In this document: positions 40,296 through 54,329 of the stretch, piece by piece
Numbering within the stretch: the stretch's first letter is position 1
How the letters are laid out: every line of letters starts with the position of its first letter
Assembly: GCF_964213995.1 (NCBI RefSeq)
Contig: NC_135812.1
Coordinates: forward strand, 81,282,001-81,346,000
DNA length: 64,000 nt
Reading direction: 5' to 3'
DNA from: Mustelus asterias
Taxonomy: Eukaryota
Translations under genes and position numbers: made by a program
Notes under the pieces: model-generated
The model's input: only the letters and a program-made list of their open reading frames with translations
Told to the model about the DNA's origin: nothing
Database searches by the model: none

Positions 40296-42312
40296 CAGTG
40301 TCTGTGTGACAGAGATATCTTGCTGTCTCGTTAAGAGACGATTTACAAGCCATGATAATTTTAACATGACAGAGTGTGTGATGAAGAATGTGTATTCTTC
40401 ATGTGGATGTAACCAGAAATGACCAAACTTGCAATTTTCAGTGGTGTCCCCGCATTGTGGAAGTAAACGTTTTGGGATTTATGGCATTCACCAATCCTCC
40501 TTGGATGTGACTTTTTTGTAGCCAAATTTGTTTAGCCAAATCGTTTAACTTCATTAGTTCAGTGCATTTTATGGGAATACAGGGGAAAAAAATGAAAAGC
40601 ATCAAGTAAATGTACAGAAATCAAATGCAGTCTACAAAACACTTGGATCTGAATCTGGAAACACTGCTAATGAAAGTACCAGCCAAAGCTAGTTTACAAT
40701 ACATCCAATGCATCTGATATGCTTAAAGTTTAACACACACAGATAATTGTCTAAACCTTAACATGTAAAATTGTCCCTTCCTCCATATACACACTGCAAA
40801 TAAAGCCAAATTAGTGGCCCACTTTCAGACACAGCTACTCATTTTAAGGAATTGCATATATTCTATTACAAAAAGCACGTCACCATAAATGCATTTTTGA
40901 AATGTGCCACAGAGGAATGCAAATGAAGCACTGGAAGAAATATCTAGCTGTCAATTACTAAGGAAACATTCCTTTTAAAGACCTTTACAATTGAAAGCAT
41001 TTCTGTATTTTGTCACTGATAGTTTTTTACTTGCAGGTATCATATTTGCTGTTGTGATTCGCATCGCAACTAGATTCTAACCTTGCAACCATTATTATTA
41101 TTATACAGTAGCTAATTTAACTGCTGGAATGGTGGCTGATCACGTTAATGAAAACAGATTTAACACCTAGTAACATGAAGCAGACAGTCCAAAATGCAAA
41201 TATGTAAAAACAAAATCATTGGCGTGGCTTCATCTAAGCCTTCAGTAATAAAGCTGGGTGGGAATAAATAACTTTTTTAATTAAATGTACTCTCGACAAA
41301 TACAGTGGAAAATTTTATTCTCCTGGTATCGGCCAGCTGACAGAAGATGTTATTAATAGTCCTGATAAATCTTTGTCTCCAGCCACTTAATCTTTGCAAC
41401 ATTTTCCTGCATGAAAATCTATTGGAAAAGACAGCTTATTTCATTTGGAATGTGGACCAGAATGTTCTACGTTAAAGGTCATATGCAAAGGACATCTTGG
41501 TTTTATAATTCATTTTTTAAAAAGTGAAATATAAAAGTCATTTAATGATTTATCTGCTGCAGGAAGTACGAGTTTTTTTTATTGGAATGACAGTATTACC
41601 AAGTTTGATTTACTGGTGTGGATTCAGAGTTTACCTTGGGGCCCAGTTGTTCACACAGATTTACTCTCATTTTAAATTTGGGCGTATTTTAATAAGAATG
41701 GGAAGATGATCGGACATGATTTAACAACAATAAAATGGGCACAGTTTTGGGGCTGACTTTCAGGTAACGTGCACGGCGTAAACACAAGTTGAAGATTTTT
41801 ATTCTATCCACCTGAGCTGATGTTGAGCAAGAGGAAAAGTCCAATATCAAGCCTAGTTCTCACCTGTTGAATTATTTATATAACCTGTGTATATAAACCC
41901 AACATACAATCTAAAACGCACATAATGCATACTTATCTACTTGCCATCTTTTTCATTATGTACATGTTCTGATCCCAACTTTTAGTACCTCGGGGTATAA
42001 TAGAAATCTAAACAAGTAAGAAAACACCCGCAGGATGTTTCACAGCTTTGCACATTGAACATATTTGAATACAAACAATTGATTGTTAAATATAATAGCA
42101 TGGAAGTTCAAGACAGTTTTCAATGTTGAATAATATTTGCGCCAGAGAAGAATTGGGGCAGAATCACTTTCAGTTTCTCAATGCTAAATTGCAATAATGA
42201 GGGGTGGGATTGGGGTTTCGCTACGTAAATCGCAACAGCAAATATGATGCCTGCGAGTAAAAAAAACTCTAACAAAATACAGAAATGCTTTCTATTATAA
42301 AGGTCTTTAAAA

Positions 42313-42512
42313 NNNNNNNNNNNNNNNNNNNNNNNNNNNNNNNNNNNNNNNNNNNNNNNNNNNNNNNNNNNNNNNNNNNNNNNNNNNNNNNNNNNNNNNN
42401 NNNNNNNNNNNNNNNNNNNNNNNNNNNNNNNNNNNNNNNNNNNNNNNNNNNNNNNNNNNNNNNNNNNNNNNNNNNNNNNNNNNNNNNNNNNNNNNNNNNN
42501 NNNNNNNNNNNN
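42313..42512. other. Assembly gap (200 N)
   Basis: Run of N. Confidence 1.
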
Positions 42513-42729
42513 TGCATGTGCACTGGCCTTCTCAGTAATCAGATGCCGGCTTCTTGGGTGGGATTAGGCCCTACCCCCCCCCCCCCCACCGTTACGGCAT
42601 AAATCCCCTGACGGCCTCTGTAGTGCATGGAGTGCCGGAAATTCATTCAACTAAGCTCACCCAAAAAATGGGCACTTAGTTTTTTTTTGGAAATTGTTTG
42701 AAAGGAAAAAAATGCTGATACGAAAAAGA

Positions 42730-43490
42730 AAATATTGTGGCTGCTGGAAGTCTGAAATAAAAAATCTTAGAAATATTCAACCGGTCAAGTAGCATTTGTG
42801 GAGAGAAACAAAGTTGATGATCATGAAGCTAGAGGTTTATCAGGCTTTAAGCAAATAAAGTGTGAGACAAAATAGCAATTCACTTGCACTTCAGAATGTC
42901 TTATTTGTTACTCATGACACACAACCCTTTAGATTGTGGCGACTAAACTCAGGTTGGGTGATTGTTTTCCTCCATTCAGTCTGCAAGCATTGCCCTGATC
43001 TTCTGGCTGTCCATCAATTTAATTCAGCGTCCCTCACTAATGTCTCTACCCTTGGTTTCCTACATTGATTAATGAAGCTTAACAGATGCTTGAGGAGCTG
43101 TATCTGATTTTTTGATTAGACAATTCTAGAGATGGCATTGAGTTGAACAATTTCAGATCTATCTATCTGTTCTCATTCCTGTGGATGGTAGCTGTCAGCT
43201 GCTGTTGCCATTTCCATCCTCCGGACTCATCCTGTTCTTTCTTTACGTGTCCCATTGCAACTTCTTTTGCCTTGCACTATTGTCCTGTTAGTCATTTCAT
43301 CTTTCCTGCCTTCCCCCATCAGACACCTTCCCTTTTGCTTTTTTTCTCTCCCCCCCCGCCCCCCGCCACCCCTTCTCCCTTTTCGCTGCCTCCATGTTTG
43401 ATTAAAACCGATGATATCTCTAACTGTTTCCAGTTCTGATGAAAGATTATTGATCTTTGCTTCTCCCCAGAATGCTGCCTGGCCTGAAGA
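42730..43490. mobile_element. Older decayed Penelope-type inverted ends
   Basis: Left arm at about 42730-42830; pyrimidine-rich tract followed by cagttctgatgaa near 43431. Confidence 0.45.
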
Positions 43491-45611
43491 CGGCTAGTAG
43501 AAAGGGCATATACTGGTAATGTACAGCTTGGCAGGATTCTCGAGTCCAGGAGCATTCATTACTTGTGTAACCTGCCATCAGGCCTGCTCAAATCCAACAA
43601 TAATGCACACGTGAGCAAAAAATGGCATCACTTCATAACTGTGCAGGGGACAGAAATGTCACCTTGTACATTGTCATTTATCCAAAGGAGAATGATGATG
43701 CCTTCATTCATCAGCACTTCATGCATTTGCATTATTTCAAAGCTGCCGGAAAATGGTCAATGGTTCACGGGTGAGACCAGAGTGACTATTTGCAATAATG
43801 ACTGATGTGTCCAGTTAGAGGAATCCAACAACTCAGCAGAATGCAAACATACCAGCAGTGAGATTAACCTCACCGGCAAAATTTCTACGGTGCACACAAC
43901 ATTAAAACAGATGGCGAAATGTTACCAAAAAATGGCAGTGTTGCTTCCGGTGAGAAAACCAATGTATTTCTCTCTAGAGCTTAAGACACTGCCAAAAAAA
44001 ACAAGGGAGTGTGTTTCATGCCACTATACACGGGGACAGGGCCTCAACAGATTGGCAAAACTTTGCTGCACAGAGATCAGGGGCCATCTTTAATGGGAGC
44101 CCCAATGAGAATCTGAGTAAAGTTCCCTTCAGTCCACCACGGAGGTCTCAGGAGCCCCTCTCCCCACCCCCGATCGGAGTTGCCACTTCTCTACCCCACC
44201 CTCCACCTCAATCATCTGCCCCTTCTCTCACTCCTCCGCGCTGCCCACACAGTCTGAGCCAGCACCCACCCCCACCACACACTACCCCTTCCCCCCCCCT
44301 TCTCACTCTTCCTTCTGGTCCTGGCCACCACCACATCGAAATAAATCCTCCACCCCCATGATAGGGGGCATTGCCAGGCCAATGCCTGATCATGTTCCTC
44401 TCTCCTGGGGGTTATGCTTATCTTTACAACCACAGGGAGACCCTCATGACCGCTTCTCCTCTAGGTGAACCTGTTGTAGGTGGCGCAAATGTAACATCAT
44501 GCTGGTGCCCGCTGAATATCCGATTGGGTCAGCGGGGGGGATCGGGGGTGGTAGCCCCAGAGAGAGTACTCACTCATGTCATGCTAATGTATTAAAATGA
44601 TCTTTTTGCAGTCCCACGGCGTGTTTCACGTCACTCCACTGGCGAGGAGTTGGTAAGATTGGAACTCGGAAACCTGCATGGCACGAATCGCGCTCTCCGG
44701 ATTTTGAGCACCATTCCCACAGACGGAGAGTGCGGGCTCAAAATCGCTCCCACCTTCTGCTCATTTAAGTGGTAGGGATGGATGGTGCTTTACAATTCGG
44801 GCAGAGCATGCTGAGTATCTGCTACAGGCTCTGTAAATTTGGCCATTGACTAGAAGGCAGAGTGTGACAGGCCTGAGGACAGGCACTCTAGCCCCATAGT
44901 AAGATGATGGGATAAAATACAACCTGAATGGAGTTGGCGTACAGGCAGTGGGGTTAGAATGGAACTCTTGTGGGAAACTATTTTCACCAATGGATACCTA
45001 TCATTGACCAATTTTTATTTGATATAAATACTGCATGTTACACCTCGAAGCAAATTGTGCTCATTTCCTGCACACATACAGTCTGCCCTCCTAGATTTCA
45101 CAGCCTCCTCTCAATACTAGTTTCCATTCCAAACTTTAGCAAAGAAAAATCTGTATCAATGTGAAATTTAAAGGTCTCCATTATGTGCTATTTACATCTC
45201 TAATCTTGCATCCTCTCTTTCCATAATCCATGTACTCTTAAAGCAAAGACTGTGTTGAAGTGGTTCTTGAGTGACAAAATAATAGTAATCTGTCATTGTG
45301 AGTAATAGAATCATAGAATTTTACAGCACAGGAAGCCATTCGGCCCATTGTCTTTGCACTGGCTCCCGAAAGAGCTACCAAGCTAGTTCCATTCTCCAGC
45401 CCTATCTCGATGGCCCTCTAAATTCACCACAATCAAATATGCATCCTGCTCTCTTTTGAAACCTCCTGTGGAATCCATCTTCACCATTTTCCCTATTAGA
45501 ACAATTGTGGCCTTGAACCCCTATGTGTACAGTCAAACAATATTCCTGTGAACTGGAGCCATATCTCTTAACCCTGGGAATTCAAATTGCATTATGTCTA
45601 TACTGATGTCA

Positions 45612-45933
45612 GGGCGGCACAGTGGCACAGTGGTTAGCACTGCTGCCTCACAGTGTCAGGGACCCGAGTTCAATTCCAGCCTCTGGTCGCTGTCTGTGTG
45701 GAGTTTGCACTTTTTCCCCGTGTCTGCATAGGTTTCCTCCGGATGCTCTGGTTTCTTCCCACAGTCCAAAGATGTGTGGGTTAGGTTGATTGGCCATGAT
45801 AAACTGCCCCTGATGTCAGGGGGATTAGCAGGGTAAATATGTGGGGTTACGGGAATAAGGGGCTGGGTGGGATTGTGGTCGGTGCAGACTCGATGGGCTG
45901 AATGGCCTTCTTCTGCGCTGTAGGGATTCTATG
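45612..45933 (+). mobile_element. HE1-type V-SINE, full length
   Basis: gggcggcacagtggcacagtggttagc ... gggattctatg. Confidence 0.95.
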
Positions 45934-46857
45934 AAATTAGGTATTTGGCTGCCTGTGGAGGCTGTTGTGCTTTACATGCCTGAATCCTGGGTTGGAATGC
46001 TTAGCAAAGTGAAGAGAACACACTCCCCCTACCCCACCATTTTAATGATCCCATTGATGTTAGCGGCTGGGGTGAGGAGGGTTCCAAAATGTCCTTCCTT
46101 TTTTTACAACATCCATTTTAGGCTGTCAAGAATGCTCTCCTTTTCCCCGCAATGGTTGCTGTCTTAAGTCGAAATGTTTCTCACAGGCTAGCAAAGATAT
46201 CAAAAGATGATGAGTTCGTGACTGTGTGGCCCATGAAAATGTCAGGAGTTGTCTGCTGTGCGAAGCCACTAAACAAACAGAATCCGATTATATGGTGTCA
46301 CTCCATCTGCGTCAATGTGATATCTTTCCAAAAGGATTAAAAATGAAATGTCTTTAAAAAGAGCCTCAATGCACAGCTCAGTATTATGTGAAACCAATGA
46401 TGCTATTCGAGGCCTGAGCTGGAAACTGGACAAAATCCAAACAGTAGCATGCAGCCTGGGTTTCAAGCAGGCTTCAGTCACAACACTGTGTTCATCAAAA
46501 TGGGAGAGGTGCTTCTGTTGTCTGTGGACTGGGTCAGCAAGACTTCTGAGTGACTCGAAGATATGAATTCATTCCACAACCCTAGCAGTACAGAAAATAA
46601 TATATTTACTTTGCCTGTTGGACATGGGCTGAAATCCTGCTGTTCGTCCACCAAAGTGTAGGTATATATGTTTCTGAGTAAGATTTTGAAGAAATTGAGG
46701 CTGGTTAACCTCTAATTCAAAAACATGTCTGTCTGTTATTAGCAAGAATTAGCAATAGAGTGCAAAATAATTGGAAGATTTATGAAGGAAAGTTACGAAA
46801 AGCAGTGTTTCAATATGTTCCTTCATTGCAAAGAGGCAGATAGAGTTTAAGTTTTTT

Positions 46858-47137
46858 AAAAATGTATTTATTAATATCACAAGTAGGCTCACATTAACAC
46901 CGCAATGAAGTTACTGTGAAAATCCCCTAGTCGCCACACTTCAGTGCCTGTTCGGGTACACTGAGGGAGAATTAGCATGGCCAATGCACCTAATCAGCAC
47001 GTCTTTTGGACTGTGGGAGGAAACCGGAGCACCCAGAGGAAACCCACGCAGACACAGGAGAACGTGCAGACTTCGCACAGTCACCCAAGATGGGAATCGA
47101 ACCTGGGTCCCTGGCGCTGTGAGGCAGCAGTGCTAAC
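46858..47137 (-). mobile_element. V-SINE, alternative-tail subfamily
   Basis: Same head and tail as 17718. Confidence 0.9.
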
Positions 47138-47149
47138 AAATGAGAGAGT

Positions 47150-47480
47150 GCAAAATGTAGTGTTATGGTCATAGCTAGGGTGTAGAGAAAGATCAACTTA
47201 GTGTGAGGTAGGTCCATTCAAAAGTCTGATGACAGAGTCAATGGATGGGAGGCTGGTTTGCGTGATGGATTGGGCTACATTCATGACCTTTTGTAGTTTC
47301 TTGCGGTCTTGGGCAGTGCAGGAGCCATACCAAGCTGTGATACAACCAGAAAGAATGCTTTCTATGGTGCATCTGTAAAAGTTGGTGAGAGTCGTAGCTG
47401 ACATGCCAAATTTCCCTAGTCTTCTGAGAAAGTCGAGGCATTGGTGGGCTTTCTCAACTATAGTGTCGGCATAGGGGACA
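47150..47480 (-). mobile_element. Rex1/Babar-type LINE C-terminal fragment
   Basis: KAHQCLDFLRRLGKFGMSATTLTNFYRCTIESILSGCITAWYG. Confidence 0.88.
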
Positions 47481-48808
47481 CCAGGAATGGACACCGGACA
47501 AAGATTGAATATTAATTTGGCAAAGGGAGTCAGATATGTTTTGTTGCTGCTGTAACCTAAAAAGAAAACAATGCAGCACAATGGGGAAAAGACAGGTGAA
47601 TGGGACCAACTGGATAACTTTTTCTAAGAGCTAGCACAGGTACTTTGGGCCAAATGGTCTTATTTTGGGAGCTGTATGATTCTGACTCAGCATGGCCGAT
47701 TATCTAAAGACAGCTTCACGTGGAACTTGATGATGGTCTAATAAACTTTGTAAAATAATCTGCTGCCCTAACTTAATGAGAGTTCCATAGCCTTTTAATA
47801 AAGGCAACACTGGACTAAAAGGTGCTGCTGTGTGTTTCTACTCCTAACTTCCTACACTGCAGGTTCTTCATCGTGGACAGGCGATCAAACTGAAGTGCTG
47901 AGTAGAGGACATACGCTTTCTCACTGGAGAATTAAAAATATATGTTGGTCTTCTCAGCACCTTCCCTCTGCAAGTCCCAATGTGTCACACTTTTAGTGAT
48001 GTTTTAAGTCCATCTGCCTAGGTTCTGGACAAGTGGCTCTGATGTACTGTTCGAAATGGCTTTATGGGAAGTGCGCACATCAAGGAAAAATTGCTTTCAA
48101 ATAAACAACGCAGTACAAAATCAAGCAAGGATATATCAATGCCAATGCTAGCTGTAAAAGTTGCGATCAATCTGCATTTCTGCTCAAATGCCATTCTATT
48201 TGCAAGAATATAACAACCAATAACGTCACTTAGATTCACTAAAATGATAACTGACTGATGGATATTAGCATTACATCCTCTGAATGTTATTTATTGCAAA
48301 GGTGCGATTCCAGCGATTATTCAAGGTGAATATTAACATTGTCAGTACAAAGAGCAGATTTAGTTGCAGCAATTTGCTTATTGATTTTTGATCATGAAAT
48401 AACGTAATTACTGTGGGATGATGAGGTGATTTATTCACTAAGTGCTGTAACAACATGGAGCTTTGTTGTTCCTGCAAGTTAATAAAGAACATATTCCACA
48501 AATCTTGGTATTGGGTGACAATTACCGCACTGAAGTCACTCGCGTTCACATCAGTTCAGAAACCAGCGCAAAAAGAATCAAGACAACGTAGTCATTTGCT
48601 GATAAATAGCAGATTATAAATATTGGCTCTGTTCATGGCTAATAGTGACAAACAACTGCCCCAAGGTTTACAATTGTGATTAAGAATAGCTTGCAGCCAG
48701 ACGATTATATTGTACGCTCAAGGTCATTTCTGCAAACGCGACGATACTAAAATAATGCTGTTGTTTTACTGTATTTTGGTTTAAGTAAATTCAATAGGAA
48801 ATTACTGG

Positions 48809-48859
48809 AGTGACCAGTGAAGCAGACAGAATTACAGTGACCAGTGAAGCAGACAGAAT
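48809..48859 (+). repeat. 24-bp direct duplication
   Basis: agtgaccagtgaagcagacagaat at 48809-48832 and 48836-48859. Confidence 0.9.
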
Positions 48860-48984
48860 GGCCAGAACTCTACCACCTCACCTGCCACGGAATCGGCGTG
48901 GGCGAGTGTCCGACAACGGCAATCTCCATTAACCCTAGGCGGGAATTTCCAGTCTCGCCCAAACAAGACCATAAAATCCCACCC
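48860..48984. mobile_element. Harbinger-type MITE
   Basis: Reverse homologue of the 38229 and 54006 MITEs. Confidence 0.75.
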
Positions 48985-49859
48985 AAAGTGTGATATCAGC
49001 AGGCTGTTTTTGTCCTACAAATACTGTAAGGAATAATCATTAAGACAACATATATTGGAAGGAATAATTATTAGGACAAGTAGGAGATAATAATTAACAT
49101 AGAAGAGATAATCACTACTTAAGAAGTTCTCATATATATCACATATCTTATTAAGCATACACATGGATACTCGCATAAATGAACATAGAAGCTGAAAGTA
49201 ATTTCTTAAATAAACGTGAGAAAGTCAGACAACGGGAAAAAAGACTTGGCATAGATTAGACAATAAACTTCAGATAAGAAGGCAGGATGTAACCACAGTG
49301 ATATCATAGCACATTCATTAGTGAAAAAACAGAAAGAAGGCAGATAACGTAGGTCTAGTAAATCATGGTGGCTAACGAAAAGTGGCCTTGGGGTCTGCAA
49401 CAAAAAAACCTTGACTGTAAGATAAGAATGAAGCTAAATGTGGATAAAAAGGACAGTCAGAGCACTGGTTTTTTGGATTTGCCTGGGAATCCCGGCTTTA
49501 TTGAAATGTACTAGCTAATAAAGCCTTGCTGCCTGAAAGATCAAGACTCAGACTCTCTATTCTGATTGATGAATTCTTCTTGCCGTCCACGGGGAACCAC
49601 GGCAATACTCATTCAGAAATAACAAACAATTTTTGCACTCTTGTTTTTACTCTAATGCTGAGCAAAGTTTATTGTGATTTCTACATAATCTACATAGTCA
49701 GCAGTCTTTACTGCTAATCAGATAAATATTATGTAGCTTTGTTATTTTGACATTGCACAAGACAATTTGATTTTGTTGCTGCTGTAACTTGATTGTATTT
49801 AATTTTTATGCTGTAGAGGGCTCTTGATACAATCCTTCCTGTGGTAAGAAAGATGCTTC

Positions 49860-50110
49860 TTCTATCCAGTCTGCAAGTTCCCCTCCAAATCGCGCACCAT
49901 CCTGACTTGGAACTATACTGCTGTTCCTTCACTGTCACAGGGAAAACTCCAGAACCCCCTTCCTAACAGCACTATGGGTGTACCAATACCACATGGACTG
50001 TGGCAGTTCAAGAAGGCAGCTCATCGATATTTCCTCAAGGGCAGTTAGGGATGGGCAATAAATGCTGGCCTAGCCAATGACACCCATATCCCATGAAAGA
50101 ATAAATTAAA
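49860..50110 (+). mobile_element. 3' end of a CR1-clade LINE that shares its tail with the second SINE family
   Basis: Ends gggatgggcaataaatgctggcctagcc...cccatgaaagaataa, as do the SINEs at 24610 and 59749. Confidence 0.7.
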
Positions 50111-51645
50111 AAATGATTTTCTACTAAATAAGCGTGATAAAGCAGCTTGGAAGCAATTCAGTAACTGGACAAATATTCCCTGTGAGTGGCCACCTTCTTT
50201 AACAGGATCTCCATTAAAGGGTGTATATTTAGAACATACGAGGACAGAGAGAAGAAAAGGCCATGGAAGCTATTGAAGCTCATCTCTTGCCTGCATTAAC
50301 TCATTGTGACATCCAATTTATTTGGAATAACGCTAATGATTTTTCTATTAACTTGATTGATGGATTATTCTAAACGGTGATCAAATTTGTTCAGATATGT
50401 GCATTCAACATTTACTTTTCACTGATTTCCTCATCCATACTTTATGGATTATTTTGTGTACGCACATGGTACAGTGAAGTATGGTGCAAAGCGTAGGCAC
50501 CAGATTAAAAAGAAACGTTTTGATCTAACATATTGATCAATTTTTATATTAATTTAGCTCATGTGCTGCCGACTGACAGACCATATCCAGTTTGAAGTTT
50601 CGATTCTCTTGTGGTAAATCATTTGCAGAGAGAAAGAACTAAAGTCAGCAGATTTTTCTATCATGCACTTTGATTTAACTCTGGCATATAGCAAGTCCAA
50701 ACTGATGTACTCGCAATCTCCTCCATTGTATTCTATTAAATTTTACAAGCAAGCACCAACCCGGGCTGAAATCATGTTGTACAACAGGACTGTACACCAG
50801 TAGCACTTGCAGAACATAGACGAGAAGTGATTTCTGTTTAGCTACTGAGAAGTGAAATTGCTCAAATTTATATAGCAGAGTATTCTTTTTATGCCATATA
50901 TTTGCAACTAAAATATGTTTGGCAACATCCAAAATCATTGTGATTTTTAATTTCATTCCCGAATCTAAAATGATGCTTTATAGAGTGAACATCAATTTTT
51001 TAAAAAACATACGTTTTGTTTCAAGTATTCTCCATTCTATCAGATTCTGAGGCTTGAATTTTGTTGTCAAAGGGATAGAACTGAAGATCACATATTATCT
51101 TGCTTCAGCAGGGCTTAAACTAATCAATATTGCAATACCCTGGTGTCGAGCACATGCATTTGCAAAACTTAGGAAACCAGACCAATTCGGAATTTTAAAG
51201 TGATTTCCTTTTTCAAGGTTATTGGGGTTATGGAATCAGAGACTTGGCTATTAAGAAGGGCATGGTGCACAAGTTGAGGGATGGATTGGGGTGCGGTTCT
51301 GAACTTTGTCCTTGACCAGTTCTCTGCCTGGTGGTCAGCTTGATTCACAGGCTTGGCTTCCAGTCAGATGCTGAGCACTTCAGGGCAGGGTGCAGGACTA
51401 GATAATCCAATCCAGGGCCTCAGAGTGGTGGTGCCTGAACTTCGATCCTTGGGGTATATCTGAGGAGGGAAGGCTAAGCTCAGTGGTGCAGTGGAGGGTT
51501 GCGAGGGGCTAAATAATTAGCCCCTATGTATCGTGAATCCTATTTGCCAGCATTTCCTCACCAATGTTTCTGTATAACATGTCCTTAGCTTTCACTGTAT
51601 AGTTTCATCATTGTACTAATAAAGTGGTTTTTCCTGCATTGATAG

Positions 51646-51784
51646 GAATTGGTTCAGAGTCACGCGTGCTGAGGAAGATGACAGATATGCTGGAAATAAT
51701 AGTGAAGCGGATGGAGCCACTGGCAAAACTGGAAAATGTGAGCGACTTCAGAAAGTTGGAGGAACTCAGCTCTGCTTTAAATCA
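51646..51784 (+). CDS. mgat5b: Internal coding exon of alpha-1,6-mannosylglycoprotein 6-beta-N-acetylglucosaminyltransferase B (GnT-IX/Vb), stem region
   Basis: Acceptor ttttcctgcattgatag| and donor |gtaagt; phase 1 to phase 2. Translation (G)IGSESRVLRKMTDMLEIIVKRMEPLAKLENVSDFRKLEELSSALN aligns with recalled human MGAT5B VMGGPESRGVLRKMSDLLELMVKRMDALARLENSSE. Not in the ORF track. Neighbouring exons were not found in the window. Confidence 0.88.
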
Positions 51785-52689
51785 GTAAGTTCTAACATAA
51801 AGTGAATGATATTGACAGCTTGCATATTTTGATATGACTTCTGGCTCGCTGCTACACACTAACTCACATTCTTAAAACATGCACAACAGCATGCTGTGCA
51901 AAGAGGCAGAAATATGGGCTTATGAAGAAAAATTGCAATTTTTATGAACCAGCCCTTTAACAATGCCCAAACAAATCTGTACAGTTTCCAAATTAATTGT
52001 AACTTATCAATGTTTGTTGCCATTAGGGTAAAACAAGCAATTTCACAGAAATTGAATATTTAGCTTTTGGGTATTTTATAAACATATACAAGAAATAATG
52101 ATCTTGTTTTTATTAAAATTGGATTCCTCTGCAATAAACATTCCCGTCAGAAAATGTTGATGCTTTATAGTTGATTGCATTTCGCTACTACAACATGCCC
52201 TTACCCAACAGGCTCTCGGACTGACAGGTAATGAAGAGCAAAGGTCGTGTATATTTCTCATCTTTATAGTCTCTTTGTCATCTATCGAGCTTTTCCAAGT
52301 AAATTTAATATTGCATTTAACGTAATCTTGGTTTAATTGTTGAAATGTTTGTCTCTGAGTTGGAAAATGATGTGTCTACCCTGTTACAATAGTGTACACA
52401 GTGATGTCTTGGTGAGGAGACCTTGAGATCTGTATATTTAAATGTGAACCCTTTACTGCTAGTCTTTTAACTATTTACAGATCCAAGGTATGGTCGTGCG
52501 TGGTGCTGTTCCATGCTGCTTACTTACAAAGTGTTACTCCAGACTGTTATCTTGGAGTCTGTTACCATGTGACTCTATGCTGCATACCATGAGCAGGGCT
52601 ATGCTCCAATCCCAATTTAACCCTTGATCTGCTGAGCATTTTTACATTACAATGCATACAGTCACACAACAAAGTACACCCCATCCTTT

Positions 52690-53050
52690 TGAACACAATC
52701 TGAATTTACACTCCAGTGCAATACTGAATGAGTGCTGCATTGGCTGCCTCATTGTCCTTCAGATAAGATTTTAAATTGAGTTTCTGGCCGTTTATGTGGA
52801 CATTCAAGACCCCAGGGCAATATTTATAGTGGAGCAGAGAGTTTTTCTAATGTCCTGGATAACAATCATCACTCAACAAGAACTACTATGAAATCAAATT
52901 CATTGTTGGCTGTTGGATTTTCTGTGCAATTTATAACCACTTTTGGCATCAAAGTAGGGATGACACTTGAAGGTAATTTTGTGCAGCAATTTAATATCTT
53001 CTTGAATATAAATGTTTTGAGCTACCTGGATGGTTTGTGTGTGCATGTAT
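52690..53050 (+). mobile_element. Decayed DeuSINE (SacSINE1/AmnSINE1-like)
   Basis: acactccagtgcaatactgaatgagtgctgcatt...tgtcctggataacaat resembles the recalled Deu domain. Confidence 0.6.
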
Positions 53051-53179
53051 GGCTTGGATCAAGGCTGCATTTAGGATGTTCATTTGAATTTGCCATTAAG
53101 CAACCTTACTGATTTTTATGTAATGCGTACTAGGCAGTGAGTGTGTTTGTAATGCACTGTGGGAGGAAACAAAACTGCA

Positions 53180-53903
53180 GATAATGCTGCTTTTCCATGG
53201 AAAGAGTGGGATGATTGACACCTTCATTTCAGCCTTTAACTTTATTTCCTTGAACTGCATCTCCTTGCTGGTACTTGCTCATCCTGAAGCAGGACTTTCA
53301 AAACATTGATATTCTGTTTAACCCAGAGCTGAGTTTCAAATTCCACACCCTGTCCAACTTCTGATTTACACCACCTGCACGATACCATCGTAGGCCATTT
53401 ATACCTCGCCATCCCTGCTTATAACATCTTAATCTATGTCATTCATAATGTTCTCCTGTGCTCTTCCTGTTGACCTCTATTCTGCCATAAACTCTAACTC
53501 AGCTCAAGCACTTGTCTCCTGTCCTGCATTATGTAAGCTTGTCCATCCCCCTTGTTGACATTGGCCTACATTTGCCTCCATTTCCTAATGCATTAAATCT
53601 GAGCTCCTGGTCCTTATATTGAAATCTCTACATGGCCTCACCGACAAAACCTTCACTAACATTGCCTCCTTTCATGCATCTTTTGGTCATCGAACACTGG
53701 CCCGTACATTCTTCCCAAACCTCTCTGCACCATTGGAATTCTAAATTCCTCCGGGTCTTTCTCCACCTCCATCCTTTGGACTAAGCTTCCAATAACGTCT
53801 CTAATTCGACCACCCATGACTTTCTGCATGTCTGAATTGTTCTTATATTTCAGTTAAAATGCCTTGAGGGAGTGTGCTGTGTTAAAAGGTGCTGTTTAAA
53901 TGT
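53180..53903 (+). mobile_element. Old L2 3' remnant
   Basis: Decayed L2 C-terminal region; tail ttaaaaggtgctgtttaaatgtaa. Confidence 0.6.
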
Positions 53904-54230
53904 AAAGGCAAAATACTGCGAATGCTGGAATCGGAAAGAAAAACAGAAAATGCTGGAAAATCTCAGCAGGTCTGACAGCATCTGTGGAGAGAGAATAGAG
54001 CCTATGGACGGGATTTTATGGCCTCGCTCAAGCGAGACCGGAAATTTCCGCCCGAGGTCAATGGAGATTTTCATTGTCGGACCCTCGCCTGCTCCAATTC
54101 CATGGCGGGCAAGGTAGCAGTTCCGGCCAATGTTTCAAATCTGGATGACCTGACTCGAAATGTTGGCCGTACTCTCTCTCCGCAGATGCTGTCAGACCTG
54201 CTGCGATTTTCCAGCATTTTCTGTTTCTGG
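53904..54230. mobile_element. Penelope-derived palindrome with a nested MITE
   Basis: aaatgctggaaaatctcagcaggtctgacagcatctg and its inverse are both present. Confidence 0.72.
54006..54128. mobile_element. Harbinger-type MITE inside a Penelope palindrome
   Basis: Splits the agagctaatgtttc motif; TSD tat/aat. Confidence 0.8.
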
Positions 54231-54329
54231 TTAAATGTAAGTTATTGACCAATGAATACCAGAAAACATTTCTACATCAAAGTTTTCTTTTACTAAGAGC
54301 TATTTATGACATGATGTAATTATTATGAA

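Noticed and set aside
41524-41709. Hydrophobic ORF (RVFFIGM...LGAQLF) as the MGAT5B transmembrane exon
   Set aside because: Only superficial similarity to RLFVLGIGFFTLCFLMTSLGGQFS; no GDSPFTIRTE-like end and no suitable donor site.
42269-42602. ORFs spanning the N run
   Set aside because: Artefacts of the assembly gap.
45612-45690. tRNA gene
   Set aside because: The A and B boxes belong to the tRNA-derived head of an HE1 SINE and continue into the V-domain.
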